From: Oceanispirochaeta sp.
GTDB lineage: Bacteria > Spirochaetota > Spirochaetia > DSM-2461
DNA length: 64,000 nt
Assembly: GCA_963663385.2 (NCBI GenBank)
Contig: CAXXXD010000001.1
Location: 128,001-192,000, forward strand
Direction: 5' to 3'
Shown here: piece by piece, positions 1-9,495 of the stretch
Position numbering within the stretch: position 1 is the first letter of the stretch
Layout of the letters: each line of letters starts with the position of its first letter
The notes under the pieces: generated by a model
Database searches by the model: none
Told to the model about the DNA's origin: nothing
What the model saw: only the letters and a program-made list of their open reading frames with translations
Translations under genes and position numbers: made by a program

Positions 1-2
1 GA

Positions 3-257
3 CGTGTAGCCCTGCTGGGGATCCCCCCGGGGGAATCACCGGTTGACTGGAACCAGATTATCTTCAAGGGGCTCCAGCTGAAAGGGATCTACGGCCGGGA
101 GATGTTTGAAACCTGGTACAAGATGGCCGCCATGATCCGCTCGGGTCTGGATATCAGCCGGATTATTACCCACCGCATGTCTGTGGATGAATTCAAGAAA
201 GGATTCGACATTATGCGTTCAGGTCAGTCCGGAAAGGTCCTGTTGTACTGGGAGTAA
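3..257 (+). CDS. tdh: L-threonine 3-dehydrogenase, 3' end only (5' part lies outside the window)
   Basis: Manual translation of frame 3 gives [51 protein letters not shown], the characteristic Tdh C-terminus. Stop TAA at 255-257. Confidence 0.9.
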   Translation, partial: RVALLGIPPGESPVDWNQIIFKGLQLKGIYGREMFETWYKMAAMIRSGLDISRIITHRMSVDEFKKGFDIMRSGQSGKVLLYWE

Positions 258-354
258 AGGGTTCACAGGAAAAGAGGAGCCTTATCCATCAGAAGAATTC
301 CTTACACCGCGGGGGGTGCTGGAAAGCACTACCTGCGGCGCCCCCTAGTATCCA

Positions 355-1389
355 TCAGGAATTAAAAGCGGCAGATAACCGTGTCCTGTATGTATCCAGA
401 ATCACGGCCAAAATAATAATCACCCCTGTTACGATCTGCCTTGCGAAATCACCCATTCCAATCAGAAGCAGTCCGTTATTCAGAACCCCCATTATGGAAG
501 CGCCCAGAAAGGTTCCTACAAGAGATCCCTTTCCCCCGCTCATACTTGTGCCGCCGATAACAACAGCGGCAATGGCATTCAGCTCAAAACCGACTCCCAG
601 AATGGGACTGGCTATGCTCATACGCAGCATATACATTATCGTCGCAACCCCGACGGTTCCGCCGCAGATGGTATAAGCCATGACTTTATAGAGTTTTACA
701 TTATGGCCGGACAGACGGACAGACTCTTCATTGTTTCCGATGGCAAAGATCATTCGGCCGAAAACTGTCCGTTTAAGAATAACCGACCCCAATACCACCA
801 GAATCAGCGCAATCAGAAAGATGGCCGGAAGAACCCCGAAATAGGTGGTAGTTCCGAAATCATTAAACATTTTCGGAAAATTGAAAATGGTTTTGGAGTG
901 GCTGATCTGAAGGGCCAGACCTCTGGCAATATTCAGCATCCCCAGGGTCACGATAAAAGAGTGGATTTTCCAGGTCTCTGATATAATTCCATTTAAAAAA
1001 CCGATTATCATACCCGAGAGGATACTCAGCATTACGGCCAGAACAATGGCAGCCCCGAATGACAGGGAAGGTGATATCAGGATCTTGCCTGCAATAATGG
1101 AACAGAGAGCCAGTACGGATCCTACAGACAGATCGATTCCTCCCAGCAGTATAACAAATGTCATTCCTACTGCTATAACAGTATTGATACTGATCTGGGT
1201 GAATATATTTGCAACATTTATCAGAGAAAAAAAGCGGGGAGCTCCGATGCTGAATGCGACAACAAGCCCCAGCAGAATAATTCCGATTCCGACTTCCTTC
1301 AGAAAAATATTCAGAAGCGATCGCATGGGGGAATTGTTTTTTCTCCCGGGATCCACGCTGATTTCATTACCTACATTTCCATTACTCAT
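355..1389 (-). CDS. Ribose-type (CUT2) ABC transporter permease, RbsC-like
   Basis: Hydrophobic; motifs GMTFVILLGGIDLSVGS, FGRMIFAIGNNEESVRLSG and ELNAIAAVVIGGTSMSGG. Confidence 0.92.
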   Translation of the reverse strand: MSNGNVGNEISVDPGRKNNSPMRSLLNIFLKEVGIGIILLGLVVAFSIGAPRFFSLINVANIFTQISINTVIAVGMTFVILLGGIDLSVGSVLALCSIIAGKILISPSLSFGAAIVLAVMLSILSGMIIGFLNGIISETWKIHSFIVTLGMLNIARGLALQISHSKTIFNFPKMFNDFGTTTYFGVLPAIFLIALILVVLGSVILKRTVFGRMIFAIGNNEESVRLSGHNVKLYKVMAYTICGGTVGVATIMYMLRMSIASPILGVGFELNAIAAVVIGGTSMSGGKGSLVGTFLGASIMGVLNNGLLLIGMGDFARQIVTGVIIILAVILDTYRTRLSAAFNS

Positions 1390-2890
1390 TCAGATATTCC
1401 TTATAGGAAAGATTCAGTATTGTTTCCGGATCAAACTGATCCCGTTTTACTTCTCCTGTTATTTTGCCGTCTGAAAAAACAAGGATTCTGTGACAGATCC
1501 CCATAAGCTCCGGCAGATCGGAGGAAACCATAATGATGCCTCGCCCCATGGCAGCCAGCTTCCATAACAGCAGGTATATTTCGTATTTCGCCCCCACATC
1601 TATACCACGTGTGGGTTCATCAAAAATAAAAACATCAGAATTCCTGTAAAGCCACTTCCCGATGAGGATCTTCTGCTGATTCCCGCCGGACAGGTAAAGA
1701 GTTTTCTGATCGATACCGGGAGTTTTTATATTCATCTCCCGAATCTGTTTTTCTGTAACTTCTTCCTCCATAGACCGGTTAAGAAAACCTTTGCAGGAGA
1801 CATCTTTCAGATTCGTGATCGTTGTATTATCCACGCAGCTCATTTCAAGAATGAGCCCTTGTGTTTTCCGGTCTTCCGTCAGCAGACACAGCCCGCTGTC
1901 AACGGCATCCTTCGGGCATCTGATATTCAGCTTTTTCCCATCCAGGAAAATCTCGCCGGCTTCTTTTGCATCCGCCCCGAACAGGGCTCTCACTGTTTCC
2001 GTCCGGCCCGACCCCACCAGCCCGGCAATCCCCAGTATTTCGCTTTTTTTAAGCTCAAAGGATTTTGGATGGGGAGAGCCCTTGTAAACAAGGTCCCTTA
2101 CTGTTAGAAGAGGGGCTGAAGGAACTACGGAATCATCAAACGGATACTCCGACTCCATAGTCCTCCCTACCATCATTTTTACAATGGAAGGGATATCGAG
2201 TTCGGAAGCCTCATCGGTGCCTACCACCTGGCCATTCCTGAGAACCGTAACCCTGTCGCCAATCTGAAAAATTTCATTTAAACGATGAGAGATATAGATA
2301 ATTGTCACTCCATCGGCTTTAAGTTTTCTCAGCAGTCCGAACAGGTTATCAATCTCATCGGGCATCAAGGTTGCCGTTGGTTCATCCAGGATAAGGATCC
2401 GGCTTTCTCCCGACAGGGCTTTGGCAATTTCAACAAGCTGCATCTGTGCAACCCCGAGATTCTCAACCAATGTTCCGGGAGACAGTTTTTCCAGACCGAC
2501 CCTTTTCATAATGGCTTCGGCATCTCTATATAAACGGTTGAAATCCACAAGACCGCCTTTTCCCGGCAGTTTTTCAAAAAAGATGTTTTCTGCTACCGAC
2601 AGATAGGGCAGCAGATTAAACTCCTGATATACAACCCGTATACCCTGATTGATTGCTGCAAGCGGATTTTGCGGACAATACGGCTGTCCGGCAAAAATCA
2701 TGTTCCCTCCTGTGGGTGAATAAACACCGCACAGGGTCTTTACCAGTGAGGACTTCCCCGCCCCGTTTTCACCTAAAAGAATATGTACCTCTCCTTCCTT
2801 AACGGCAAGATTTACTTCATCAAGGGCTTTTACACCGGGAAAAGAGAGGGTGATATTATTAAATTCAATTATATTTCCAATGGATCCCAT
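1382..2890 (-). CDS. CUT2 sugar ABC transporter ATP-binding protein with two NBDs, RbsA-like
   Basis: GENGAGKSS Walker A and LILDEPT; second half has GLVGSGRTE, LSGGNQQK and DEPTRGIDVGAK. Confidence 0.95.
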   Translation of the reverse strand: MGSIGNIIEFNNITLSFPGVKALDEVNLAVKEGEVHILLGENGAGKSSLVKTLCGVYSPTGGNMIFAGQPYCPQNPLAAINQGIRVVYQEFNLLPYLSVAENIFFEKLPGKGGLVDFNRLYRDAEAIMKRVGLEKLSPGTLVENLGVAQMQLVEIAKALSGESRILILDEPTATLMPDEIDNLFGLLRKLKADGVTIIYISHRLNEIFQIGDRVTVLRNGQVVGTDEASELDIPSIVKMMVGRTMESEYPFDDSVVPSAPLLTVRDLVYKGSPHPKSFELKKSEILGIAGLVGSGRTETVRALFGADAKEAGEIFLDGKKLNIRCPKDAVDSGLCLLTEDRKTQGLILEMSCVDNTTITNLKDVSCKGFLNRSMEEEVTEKQIREMNIKTPGIDQKTLYLSGGNQQKILIGKWLYRNSDVFIFDEPTRGIDVGAKYEIYLLLWKLAAMGRGIIMVSSDLPELMGICHRILVFSDGKITGEVKRDQFDPETILNLSYKEYLNE

Positions 2891-2910
2891 TAGAACTCCT
2901 TAGAAAGAAC

Positions 2911-2933
2911 GGGAGGAAGCATACCTTCCTCCC
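2911..2933 (-). terminator. Intercistronic stem-loop after the binding-protein gene (terminator or mRNA-stabilising hairpin)
   Basis: GGGAGGAAG-catac-CTTCCTCCC inverted repeat between the SBP and ATPase genes. Confidence 0.55.
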
Positions 2934-2952
2934 TCTTCTGATACTGTTCGAT

Positions 2953-3906
2953 TTATTTAAAGAAATCCTTATCCGCAAGGATGAGAGGAGACTGAACCCA
3001 GCCGAGGTTCTCCCTTTCTCCGGCAATGATTTCAAATCCTGCATTAAAAGCAAGGACTGCCATTTCGGTGCCATCCATATGAACGGTAGCCAGCATTTTG
3101 TCATTAAGAATTAGATCCTTAACAGCCGGGATATTATCAAACCCTACAACCTGAACATCGCTGCGCCCTGCAGCTTCAAGAGCACGGACAACACCGAGAG
3201 CCATTGAGTCGTTGGCACACATAACCCCCTGAACATCCGGGTGTTTGGTCAGCAGATTTGTCATCAGGGTATTGGCTTCTTCCGCTTCCCAGTGTGCTGT
3301 ATTGGAGGCCAGGAGTTCCAGGCCGTGGGTTTCGATGGATTTCATAAATCCGTTTTTTCTCTGTTTGGCATTATCCGCCCCGGGATTCCCTTCGAGAATG
3401 AATACCTTACCGCCTTCTCCGATTGTTTCGCCCAGATAATTACCGACCATTTCGGCTCCGTCTGTATTATCGGGTCCGACGAACAGAAACTCTTCAGGAA
3501 GGCCGGCCGCCTTCAGTGCATCCTTGTCCAGGGTTACATCAAAATTGATAACCGTAACGCCTGCATCGATAGCCCTTTTAACAGGAGCGACCATACCGGC
3601 TGAGTCGGCAGGAGCCAGAACGATCAGATCAACACCCTGAGTAATCAGACTGTCTACAGCATTTACCTGTGTATCAAAGTCCGTTTCGGAATTCATCCCC
3701 ATTGTTATCAGTTTGAAAGAACCGTCCTCTTCAGCATAAGCTTTTGCGCCTTCATCCATAGCCATAAAAAATTCATTAGCCAGTGATTTCATAATCAGAC
3801 CGACGACCGGTCTGTCATCCTCCTTTTCCTGTTCTCCATTGGCAAAAACAGAAACGGGCATCAGAATTGCGAGTCCCACCAGAACAGCCAAAATTTGTTT
3901 CTTCAT
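2953..3906 (-). CDS. Ribose-type sugar ABC substrate-binding protein (RbsB family)
   Basis: Start chosen at MKKQILAV (ATG 3906, AAGGAG upstream). Signal peptide ending VFANG; motifs KSLANEFF, CANDSMALG and VVGFD. Confidence 0.9.
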   Translation of the reverse strand: MKKQILAVLVGLAILMPVSVFANGEQEKEDDRPVVGLIMKSLANEFFMAMDEGAKAYAEEDGSFKLITMGMNSETDFDTQVNAVDSLITQGVDLIVLAPADSAGMVAPVKRAIDAGVTVINFDVTLDKDALKAAGLPEEFLFVGPDNTDGAEMVGNYLGETIGEGGKVFILEGNPGADNAKQRKNGFMKSIETHGLELLASNTAHWEAEEANTLMTNLLTKHPDVQGVMCANDSMALGVVRALEAAGRSDVQVVGFDNIPAVKDLILNDKMLATVHMDGTEMAVLAFNAGFEIIAGERENLGWVQSPLILADKDFFK

Positions 3907-3952
3907 TAGATACTCCTTAATTTTCTCATACAGAGATGTATACCCGCTATAT

Positions 3953-3968
3953 TGCAAACCTTATGCCA
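3953..3968 (-). promoter_or_regulatory. Sigma54 (-24/-12) promoter for the ribose-type ABC operon
   Basis: Minus strand reads TGGCATAAGGTTTGCA, i.e. GG-N10-GC exactly, about 45 nt upstream of the SBP start and next to a sigma54 activator gene. Confidence 0.85.
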
Positions 3969-4041
3969 ATACAGAAATATAAGTTCAAAACAGCCTATAA
4001 CAGGGAAAGAGCATAAACCGGAAAAAGATACCGGTCCGCCA

Positions 4042-4091
4042 GATCTGCAATATGGACAAACTGTTCAAAACAGATGTCCAGAATATGAACA
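4042..4091. promoter_or_regulatory. Putative upstream activator sequences for the sigma54 activator
   Basis: TGTCCAGAATATGAACA (4075-4091, TGT-N11-ACA) plus a repeated half-site TGT(T/C)CATATT on the minus strand, about 75-125 bp upstream of the -24 element. Confidence 0.55.
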
Positions 4092-4096
4092 CACTT

Positions 4097-5944
4097 TCAG
4101 GCTACGGGAATCTTCAGCTCGAAGCGGCAACCGTCCTCAAACTGATTATCCAGGGAAATACTGCCGCCGTAACGATTCAGGATATTATAACAGAGAGACA
4201 GTCCCAACCCGTAATTCTGGTTTGTATTTTTTGAAGATTTGAAAGGAAGAAAAACATCCGTCGAATCGTCAAAGGGGACACCGGGTCCGTTGTCTTCAAA
4301 AAGGATAGAGGCATACTCCCGCCCCTCTTCCCGGCTGATGGAAATAGCGATGACACCGCCTTCCGACAGGACTTCAAAAGAGTTTTTAAACAGATTCAGA
4401 ATAACCTGCTTGAATTCGTTTCTGTTAAAAAGGACCTGAACAGGAACCTCCGAATCCTCCCGGATATGGATTTCAATGTGCTTCTGCTTTCCATTGAACC
4501 GGATCAGGTTCATAAGCTCACGGATTTCATCACTTAAAATAATCAGCTCTTTATTCTCTTTCTGGTTATTGGAAAAGGTGATCAGATTCCCTATGACCTG
4601 TGAGATATAATTGATCTGTTCAAAGAGATAATCAAACACCGCCTCCCGTTCATCCGGCTTTACCTTATTCATCCGGAAGCTCTCAAGATAATTGGAAATC
4701 ACTCCCAGGGGATTATTAATCTCATGAGCCACTCCCGCAGACAGGAGTCCCAGGGACGCCAGTTTCTCCGACAGAATGACCTGATCCCGTAACCGCTCCC
4801 GCTCGGTGATATCTTCAATAATAAAGAGGTTTCCAATCAGTAATGCCCCCTCGTAAATGGGGTATAGAACAATATTGGCCATATACATCCCCTTTCCTGT
4901 CTGAAGGGGAATATTGAACATGGAACGGATTTCGCCGGATGCAGCGGTTTCCTCCAGCAGTTCCGCCGGAACAGGGCTTCCCCCGAAAAGACTTTCGACT
5001 GTCAATTCGGTAAGACTGGTATTATCATCCAGGCAGAAGAACTCCCTGGCGCTGGCATTAACCGTTTTAATCCTGTGATCCGTTCCCAGTACAATCAGGC
5101 TGATGGGAAGCTGTTTAAGGATCACTTCGTTGTACTTGAAGAGATTGCCGAATTCGAGGGTGTGATCCTGTTGATCCTCCAGAGAGGAAAACTGTGTATA
5201 GGCCATTTTGATTAGGCTTATTTTATCCAGATCCTTTACATTTTCGGATAAAAGCAGCTTCCCCTTCCGGATAATGCTTACCCGATCGGCAATCATATAG
5301 AGATCGTCAATCCTGTGGGTAATAAAAAGGATGGCACACCCGGATTTTTTCAGGGCATTAAGGGCTTTGATTACCTTTTCCAGACCGTCGGCAGAAAGCT
5401 TTTCCAGGGCTTCATCCAGGATCAGAACCCTGGGAGGAGTGTACAGATTTTTTACAATACTGAGAAAGGCTTTTTCCGACAGGGGCAGATTCGAGACAGA
5501 ATCCCGGGGATTCAGATCAAACCCGTTCTCTTTTAGAAACATCGCGGTGAGGACGTCGACTTTTTTCTGACTGAATCCCCCGAAGCGGGATTGGAACCTT
5601 TTTTTATTGGCAATGAAGAGGTTTTCAGAAACCGTAAGGGCATCATTCAGCCGGATTTTCTGAAAAACCATTCTGATACCGGCATCTATTGTCTCCTTAT
5701 AAGACATTCTGGCATAAGGTTTATTCTGATAAAATACCGCTCCTTCATCGGGAGAGATCAGGTTGGCGACCATTTTGGCCAGGGAGGATTTTCCTGCACC
5801 GTGTTCCCCGACAATGGCATGGATCTCCCCCTCATGAATAGAAAGGTTAATACCGTCCAGAGCCTTGATACTCCCGTAACAGAGGGATACGTCACGCATT
5901 TCAAGGATACACTTCATATCAGTCGCCAAGTCCGGCAATATCAT
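4097..5944 (-). CDS. Fusion protein: ABC ATPase (CUT2 N-half-like) - PAS - HisKA - HATPase histidine kinase, with no TM segment
   Basis: GEHGAGKSS, VFQ (Q-loop), LILDE, ITHR; PAS-like segment (IKTVNASAREFF..IEDITER); H-box GVAHEINNPL, N-box NLFKNS, DNGPG and GLGLS. Alternative start ATG 5917. Confidence 0.9.
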   Translation of the reverse strand: MILPDLATDMKCILEMRDVSLCYGSIKALDGINLSIHEGEIHAIVGEHGAGKSSLAKMVANLISPDEGAVFYQNKPYARMSYKETIDAGIRMVFQKIRLNDALTVSENLFIANKKRFQSRFGGFSQKKVDVLTAMFLKENGFDLNPRDSVSNLPLSEKAFLSIVKNLYTPPRVLILDEALEKLSADGLEKVIKALNALKKSGCAILFITHRIDDLYMIADRVSIIRKGKLLLSENVKDLDKISLIKMAYTQFSSLEDQQDHTLEFGNLFKYNEVILKQLPISLIVLGTDHRIKTVNASAREFFCLDDNTSLTELTVESLFGGSPVPAELLEETAASGEIRSMFNIPLQTGKGMYMANIVLYPIYEGALLIGNLFIIEDITERERLRDQVILSEKLASLGLLSAGVAHEINNPLGVISNYLESFRMNKVKPDEREAVFDYLFEQINYISQVIGNLITFSNNQKENKELIILSDEIRELMNLIRFNGKQKHIEIHIREDSEVPVQVLFNRNEFKQVILNLFKNSFEVLSEGGVIAISISREEGREYASILFEDNGPGVPFDDSTDVFLPFKSSKNTNQNYGLGLSLCYNILNRYGGSISLDNQFEDGCRFELKIPVA

Positions 5945-7235
5945 ACTTTTTCATCCTGCTGTACAGGGTCGTTCGGCTGATATTCAGGGATTCGGCAACC
6001 TTCTTCTTGTTGAAATTTGCCTTTAAGAGCTCCCGCAGGATTGTCTCCTTCTCTGAGCGTTCCAGGGGTGTTTCATCCCGCCCCTCTTCTTCAATCACTT
6101 TTTGAAACTTCGTGGGAAGGCATTCTATTCCGATCGTGCCGTTTGACGATATGGCTGAGGCATAGTTCATTGTGTTCTTCAACTCCCTGATATTGCCGGG
6201 CCAGGAATACCGTAAAAAGAGTTCAAGCACCTCATCCTTCAATACACAGGACGCCGTTCCATTCTCCATGGCGTACTCGTCCATAAAATGTTCAGCCAGA
6301 AGCGGGATATCGGTAATCCTTTTCTTGAGAGGAGGGACTGTCAGGATGGCCGCATTCAAGCGGTAGTAAAGGTCCTCCCGGAATCGCCCGAGAGCAATAA
6401 GATCTTCCAGTTTTTTATTTGTAGCTGAAATGAGTTTCACATCGACCTTGATCAGGTCCTTACCGCCCAGGCGATACAGCTCCCTGTTCTGAAGAACCCG
6501 GAGAACTTTGGCCTGCACTTCCATGGACATATCCCCGATTTCATCCAGAAAGAGGGTCCCGCCGCTGGCTCTTTCAAAAACACCTTTATAACTTGCATGG
6601 GCTCCCGTATAAGCGCCCTTTTCATGGCCGAACAGTTCATTATCCAGAAGGTTGTCGGGAAACGCCGCACAATTCACTTTTATAAAAGGCTTATCGGCCC
6701 GGTTCCCGCTGGAAAAAATGAAATCCGCAAACAGCTCCTTTCCTGTTCCGTTTTCACCATACAGCAGAATGGGAAGATTCCCCGAAGCCAGTTTGAGTAT
6801 TGTTGCCTTCAACTCCTCAACACCCGTATCCCGGCTTACAATCCGGGAATCCGGAAAACAGTCAGGCTGTCCGGCACTGTCGATGACGTTGGCAATTTTC
6901 TCATAGAGGATTTTGTATTTCACAGGCTTAAGAAGATAATCGACCGCTCCATACTTCATGGATTCAACTGCGGTTTCTATAGTGCCGAACCCGGTCAGCA
7001 TAATAACCGGTACGGCAGGATACTCCTTTTTCAGCATTTTCAATACTGACAGACCGGATTCTGATCCCAGTTTCATATCCAGCAGAATCACAGAGATTCC
7101 TCCCTGACTCAGTACGGGAAGAGCATCCGCACTGCTCAGGGCATAGAGGATTTCAAGAGTCTCATCCCCCAGCATACGGGAAAGGCTCATACAGAATTGT
7201 TCATTATCATCAATTATCAGAATACTGTGTTGCAT
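5919..7235 (-). CDS. NtrC/AtoC-family sigma54-dependent response regulator (REC-AAA+-Fis HTH)
   Basis: ILIIDD, LLDMKL, LLKP; GENGTGKE, GAYTGA, FLDEIGDM, FREDLYYRL, WPGNIRELKN; ISRTTLYSRMKKY. Confidence 0.95.
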   Translation of the reverse strand: MQHSILIIDDNEQFCMSLSRMLGDETLEILYALSSADALPVLSQGGISVILLDMKLGSESGLSVLKMLKKEYPAVPVIMLTGFGTIETAVESMKYGAVDYLLKPVKYKILYEKIANVIDSAGQPDCFPDSRIVSRDTGVEELKATILKLASGNLPILLYGENGTGKELFADFIFSSGNRADKPFIKVNCAAFPDNLLDNELFGHEKGAYTGAHASYKGVFERASGGTLFLDEIGDMSMEVQAKVLRVLQNRELYRLGGKDLIKVDVKLISATNKKLEDLIALGRFREDLYYRLNAAILTVPPLKKRITDIPLLAEHFMDEYAMENGTASCVLKDEVLELFLRYSWPGNIRELKNTMNYASAISSNGTIGIECLPTKFQKVIEEEGRDETPLERSEKETILRELLKANFNKKKVAESLNISRTTLYSRMKKYDIAGLGD

Positions 7236-7309
7236 CGAAACCTCTTGCAGTATTTCAAAGGGTGCAGGGCGGCTGTTTGAATTGTGAAGGACGCAGACCT
7301 GCGCCCACT

Positions 7310-8185
7310 CTATTTCAGTTCGGAAATAAAAGGGATGGAATCCATTGCCCCCGGCCTGGATACGGTAATGGAAGAGGCCAGAGTCGCCCTCTCCATAGCC
7401 TCCCGCACGGCCATTCCCTCCAACCGGGACGCCAGAAAGTAACCGAAAAACGTATCTCCGGCTGCCGTTGTATCCACAACAGGAGAGTCTACAATGGGAA
7501 CAAATTCCCGCTGTCCGTCCCTGCCGAACCAGGCACCGGCCTTACCGGCGGTCAGAAGGATGCTGAGTCCGGGGAACATCCCTACCAGACGATCCAGAGT
7601 CTCTTCATAGCTGCCCTCTTGTCCGGCCAGATCCGCCCCTTCAATCTCGTTGACCACAAGGAGGTCCAGTTTATCCAGGGGCCAGGTTTTCACATCTTTC
7701 GTATAGGGAGCCGGATTCAGGCAGACTTTCATCCCCTTTCCGTGAGCTTTTTCAATAATGTAGGAGGTTAAATTCACTTCATTCTGAAGAACCAGATAGT
7801 CTCCCTCTTCAAAATACCCGAGAACTTTATCTATATGAGTCTTGTCGTTATTCCGGTTCCCGCCGCCGAACAGAACGATGGAATTCTGCCCTTCATCGGA
7901 TACCTGAATAATGGCCTGTCCGGTCATCCCGTCATACTGCCTTATCAGATCGGTTCTCACATTGTACTTTTTCAGGAGGTCCAGCAGCCATAAACCGTCG
8001 TGTCCGATTGTACCGGCATGCCAGATTTCTGCTCCCGCTTTTGCCAGAGCCACCGACTGGTTGGCCCCTTTGCCTCCGGCATTGGTACTCACGTCCGAGG
8101 CGGAAATTGTTTCACCGGGCTGTACAATATGGGCGACCTTGTAAACAATATCGATATTCAAGGATCCATAATTTAAGATTTTCAT
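7310..8185 (-). CDS. rbsK: Ribokinase (PfkB family)
   Basis: GSLNID, GGKGANQSVA, LQNE, NPAP, NEIE and DTTAAGDTF. Confidence 0.88.
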   Translation of the reverse strand: MKILNYGSLNIDIVYKVAHIVQPGETISASDVSTNAGGKGANQSVALAKAGAEIWHAGTIGHDGLWLLDLLKKYNVRTDLIRQYDGMTGQAIIQVSDEGQNSIVLFGGGNRNNDKTHIDKVLGYFEEGDYLVLQNEVNLTSYIIEKAHGKGMKVCLNPAPYTKDVKTWPLDKLDLLVVNEIEGADLAGQEGSYEETLDRLVGMFPGLSILLTAGKAGAWFGRDGQREFVPIVDSPVVDTTAAGDTFFGYFLASRLEGMAVREAMERATLASSITVSRPGAMDSIPFISELK

Positions 8186-8223
8186 ATTCTCTCCTGCTTA
8201 AAGGGCCAAGTGGAAAAAGTTCA

Positions 8224-9249
8224 TCAATAAGTGAATTTCCCCAGACTTTCCCTGATTATCAATTCGCTGCCTATAAAGACCTTTTCATAGGGCAGTTTCC
8301 CTTCGGCTGTCATGCGTCTGTTCAGGAGCTGAAAAGCTCTTCTCCCGATCCGGACTTTTGATACTTTAATGGACGCCAGAGGCGGATCGGACATACGGCT
8401 GGAGGGCAGATCGTCAAACCCCACAATGGCCATATCATCAGGCAGAACATATCCTTTTTTTTTCAATGCCTTCATACAGCCGAAGGCGATAATATCGCAC
8501 ACACAGAAAAAGGCCGTCGGCATATCCCGTCCCTCATCCAGACACCTCTCCATATCAAAGGACGCCTTCTCATAGGTGGAATCCACAGAGTAGATCCATT
8601 CATCACGGCAGGACAGGCTGTAATACTTAATCGCTTCCAGAAAACTTTTCTCCCTTAACTTGAAGTTCCGTGTTTCCGCCGAGGATTTCACCAATCCTAT
8701 CTTACGGTGTCCCCTCTTTTTCAGTTCAGCGATAATGGAGTAGACAGCGCCATCATTATCCATATCGACAAAATCAAATGGAAAAACCGGATGACTGGCA
8801 TCGATAAAAACAAGGGGGATTGCCAAAGATTCAAACAGAGGGATATCCGTATCATCCAGTTCTGTAGCCAGTATAACCGCACCTTTGGGACGGGACTCCT
8901 CCAGATCCTTTACTATCTGCACCGGATCAAATCCTGAATAATTCTGGACCTCCAGACTGAACCCGTAATCCCTGGCTTCCTTTTCAAGGCCGTCAATATA
9001 ATCGGAGATAAAGACATTATGATTCCGATTAATGATATGCCCGTGCTTGGCAATCTTTAAAAAACGGATTACACCGCCCGTTTTCCTGCTATTTTCGGAT
9101 ACGGGAATCCGATACCCCATGGCATCTGCTGTTTCAAGCACCAGCTGCCGGGTTTCTTCTCCTATTCCCGGTCTGTTATTGAGTACCAGTGATACGGTTG
9201 AAGGGGAGACTCCTGCCTGTCCGGCCACGTCTCTGATTGTGACACCCAT
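8224..9249 (-). CDS. LacI-family transcriptional regulator
   Basis: HTH VTIRDVAGQAGVSPSTVSLVLN; C-terminal DMAIVGFDD..LIIRES. Start set at ATG 9249 rather than the ORF-track 9303. Confidence 0.92.
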   Translation of the reverse strand: MGVTIRDVAGQAGVSPSTVSLVLNNRPGIGEETRQLVLETADAMGYRIPVSENSRKTGGVIRFLKIAKHGHIINRNHNVFISDYIDGLEKEARDYGFSLEVQNYSGFDPVQIVKDLEESRPKGAVILATELDDTDIPLFESLAIPLVFIDASHPVFPFDFVDMDNDGAVYSIIAELKKRGHRKIGLVKSSAETRNFKLREKSFLEAIKYYSLSCRDEWIYSVDSTYEKASFDMERCLDEGRDMPTAFFCVCDIIAFGCMKALKKKGYVLPDDMAIVGFDDLPSSRMSDPPLASIKVSKVRIGRRAFQLLNRRMTAEGKLPYEKVFIGSELIIRESLGKFTY

Positions 9250-9255
9250 AGAGAG

Positions 9256-9284
9256 ATAGTACCGCCCCAAATAGGATCTGTCAA
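9256..9284 (-). promoter_or_regulatory. Sigma70 promoter of the lacI-rbsK-RR-HK gene run (probably leaderless)
   Basis: Minus strand TTGACA-17 nt-TACTAT, followed 6 nt later by the ATG at 9249. Confidence 0.75.
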
Positions 9285-9303
9285 ATTGTTTTCTAAATTC
9301 CAA

Positions 9304-9325
9304 CTAAACAAACCACTTTGTTTAG
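9304..9325. promoter_or_regulatory. Inverted repeat, candidate operator between the divergent lacI and MFS genes
   Basis: CTAAACAAA-ccac-TTTGTTTAG, perfect 9-bp arms. Confidence 0.4.
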
Positions 9326-9495
9326 AATATATTTAATAAAATAACGGCATGATTCGAAGATCCCTGTTTAAGGTAAAATCTCTGACCATCCGGCCTATGA
9401 TTTTAATGACGACACCCTGGAATATGGTTATAAATATTGGCTCGAACTGGTGAAAGACTGTTTATCATAGTCCGGATTAATCCTAAAATGCAGGC

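Noticed and set aside
4097..5944. ABC-kinase fusion as a frameshift or assembly artefact joining two genes
   Set aside because: A second diverged copy at 52956-54776 has the same architecture and a conserved junction, and each locus already has a separate intact transporter ATPase.
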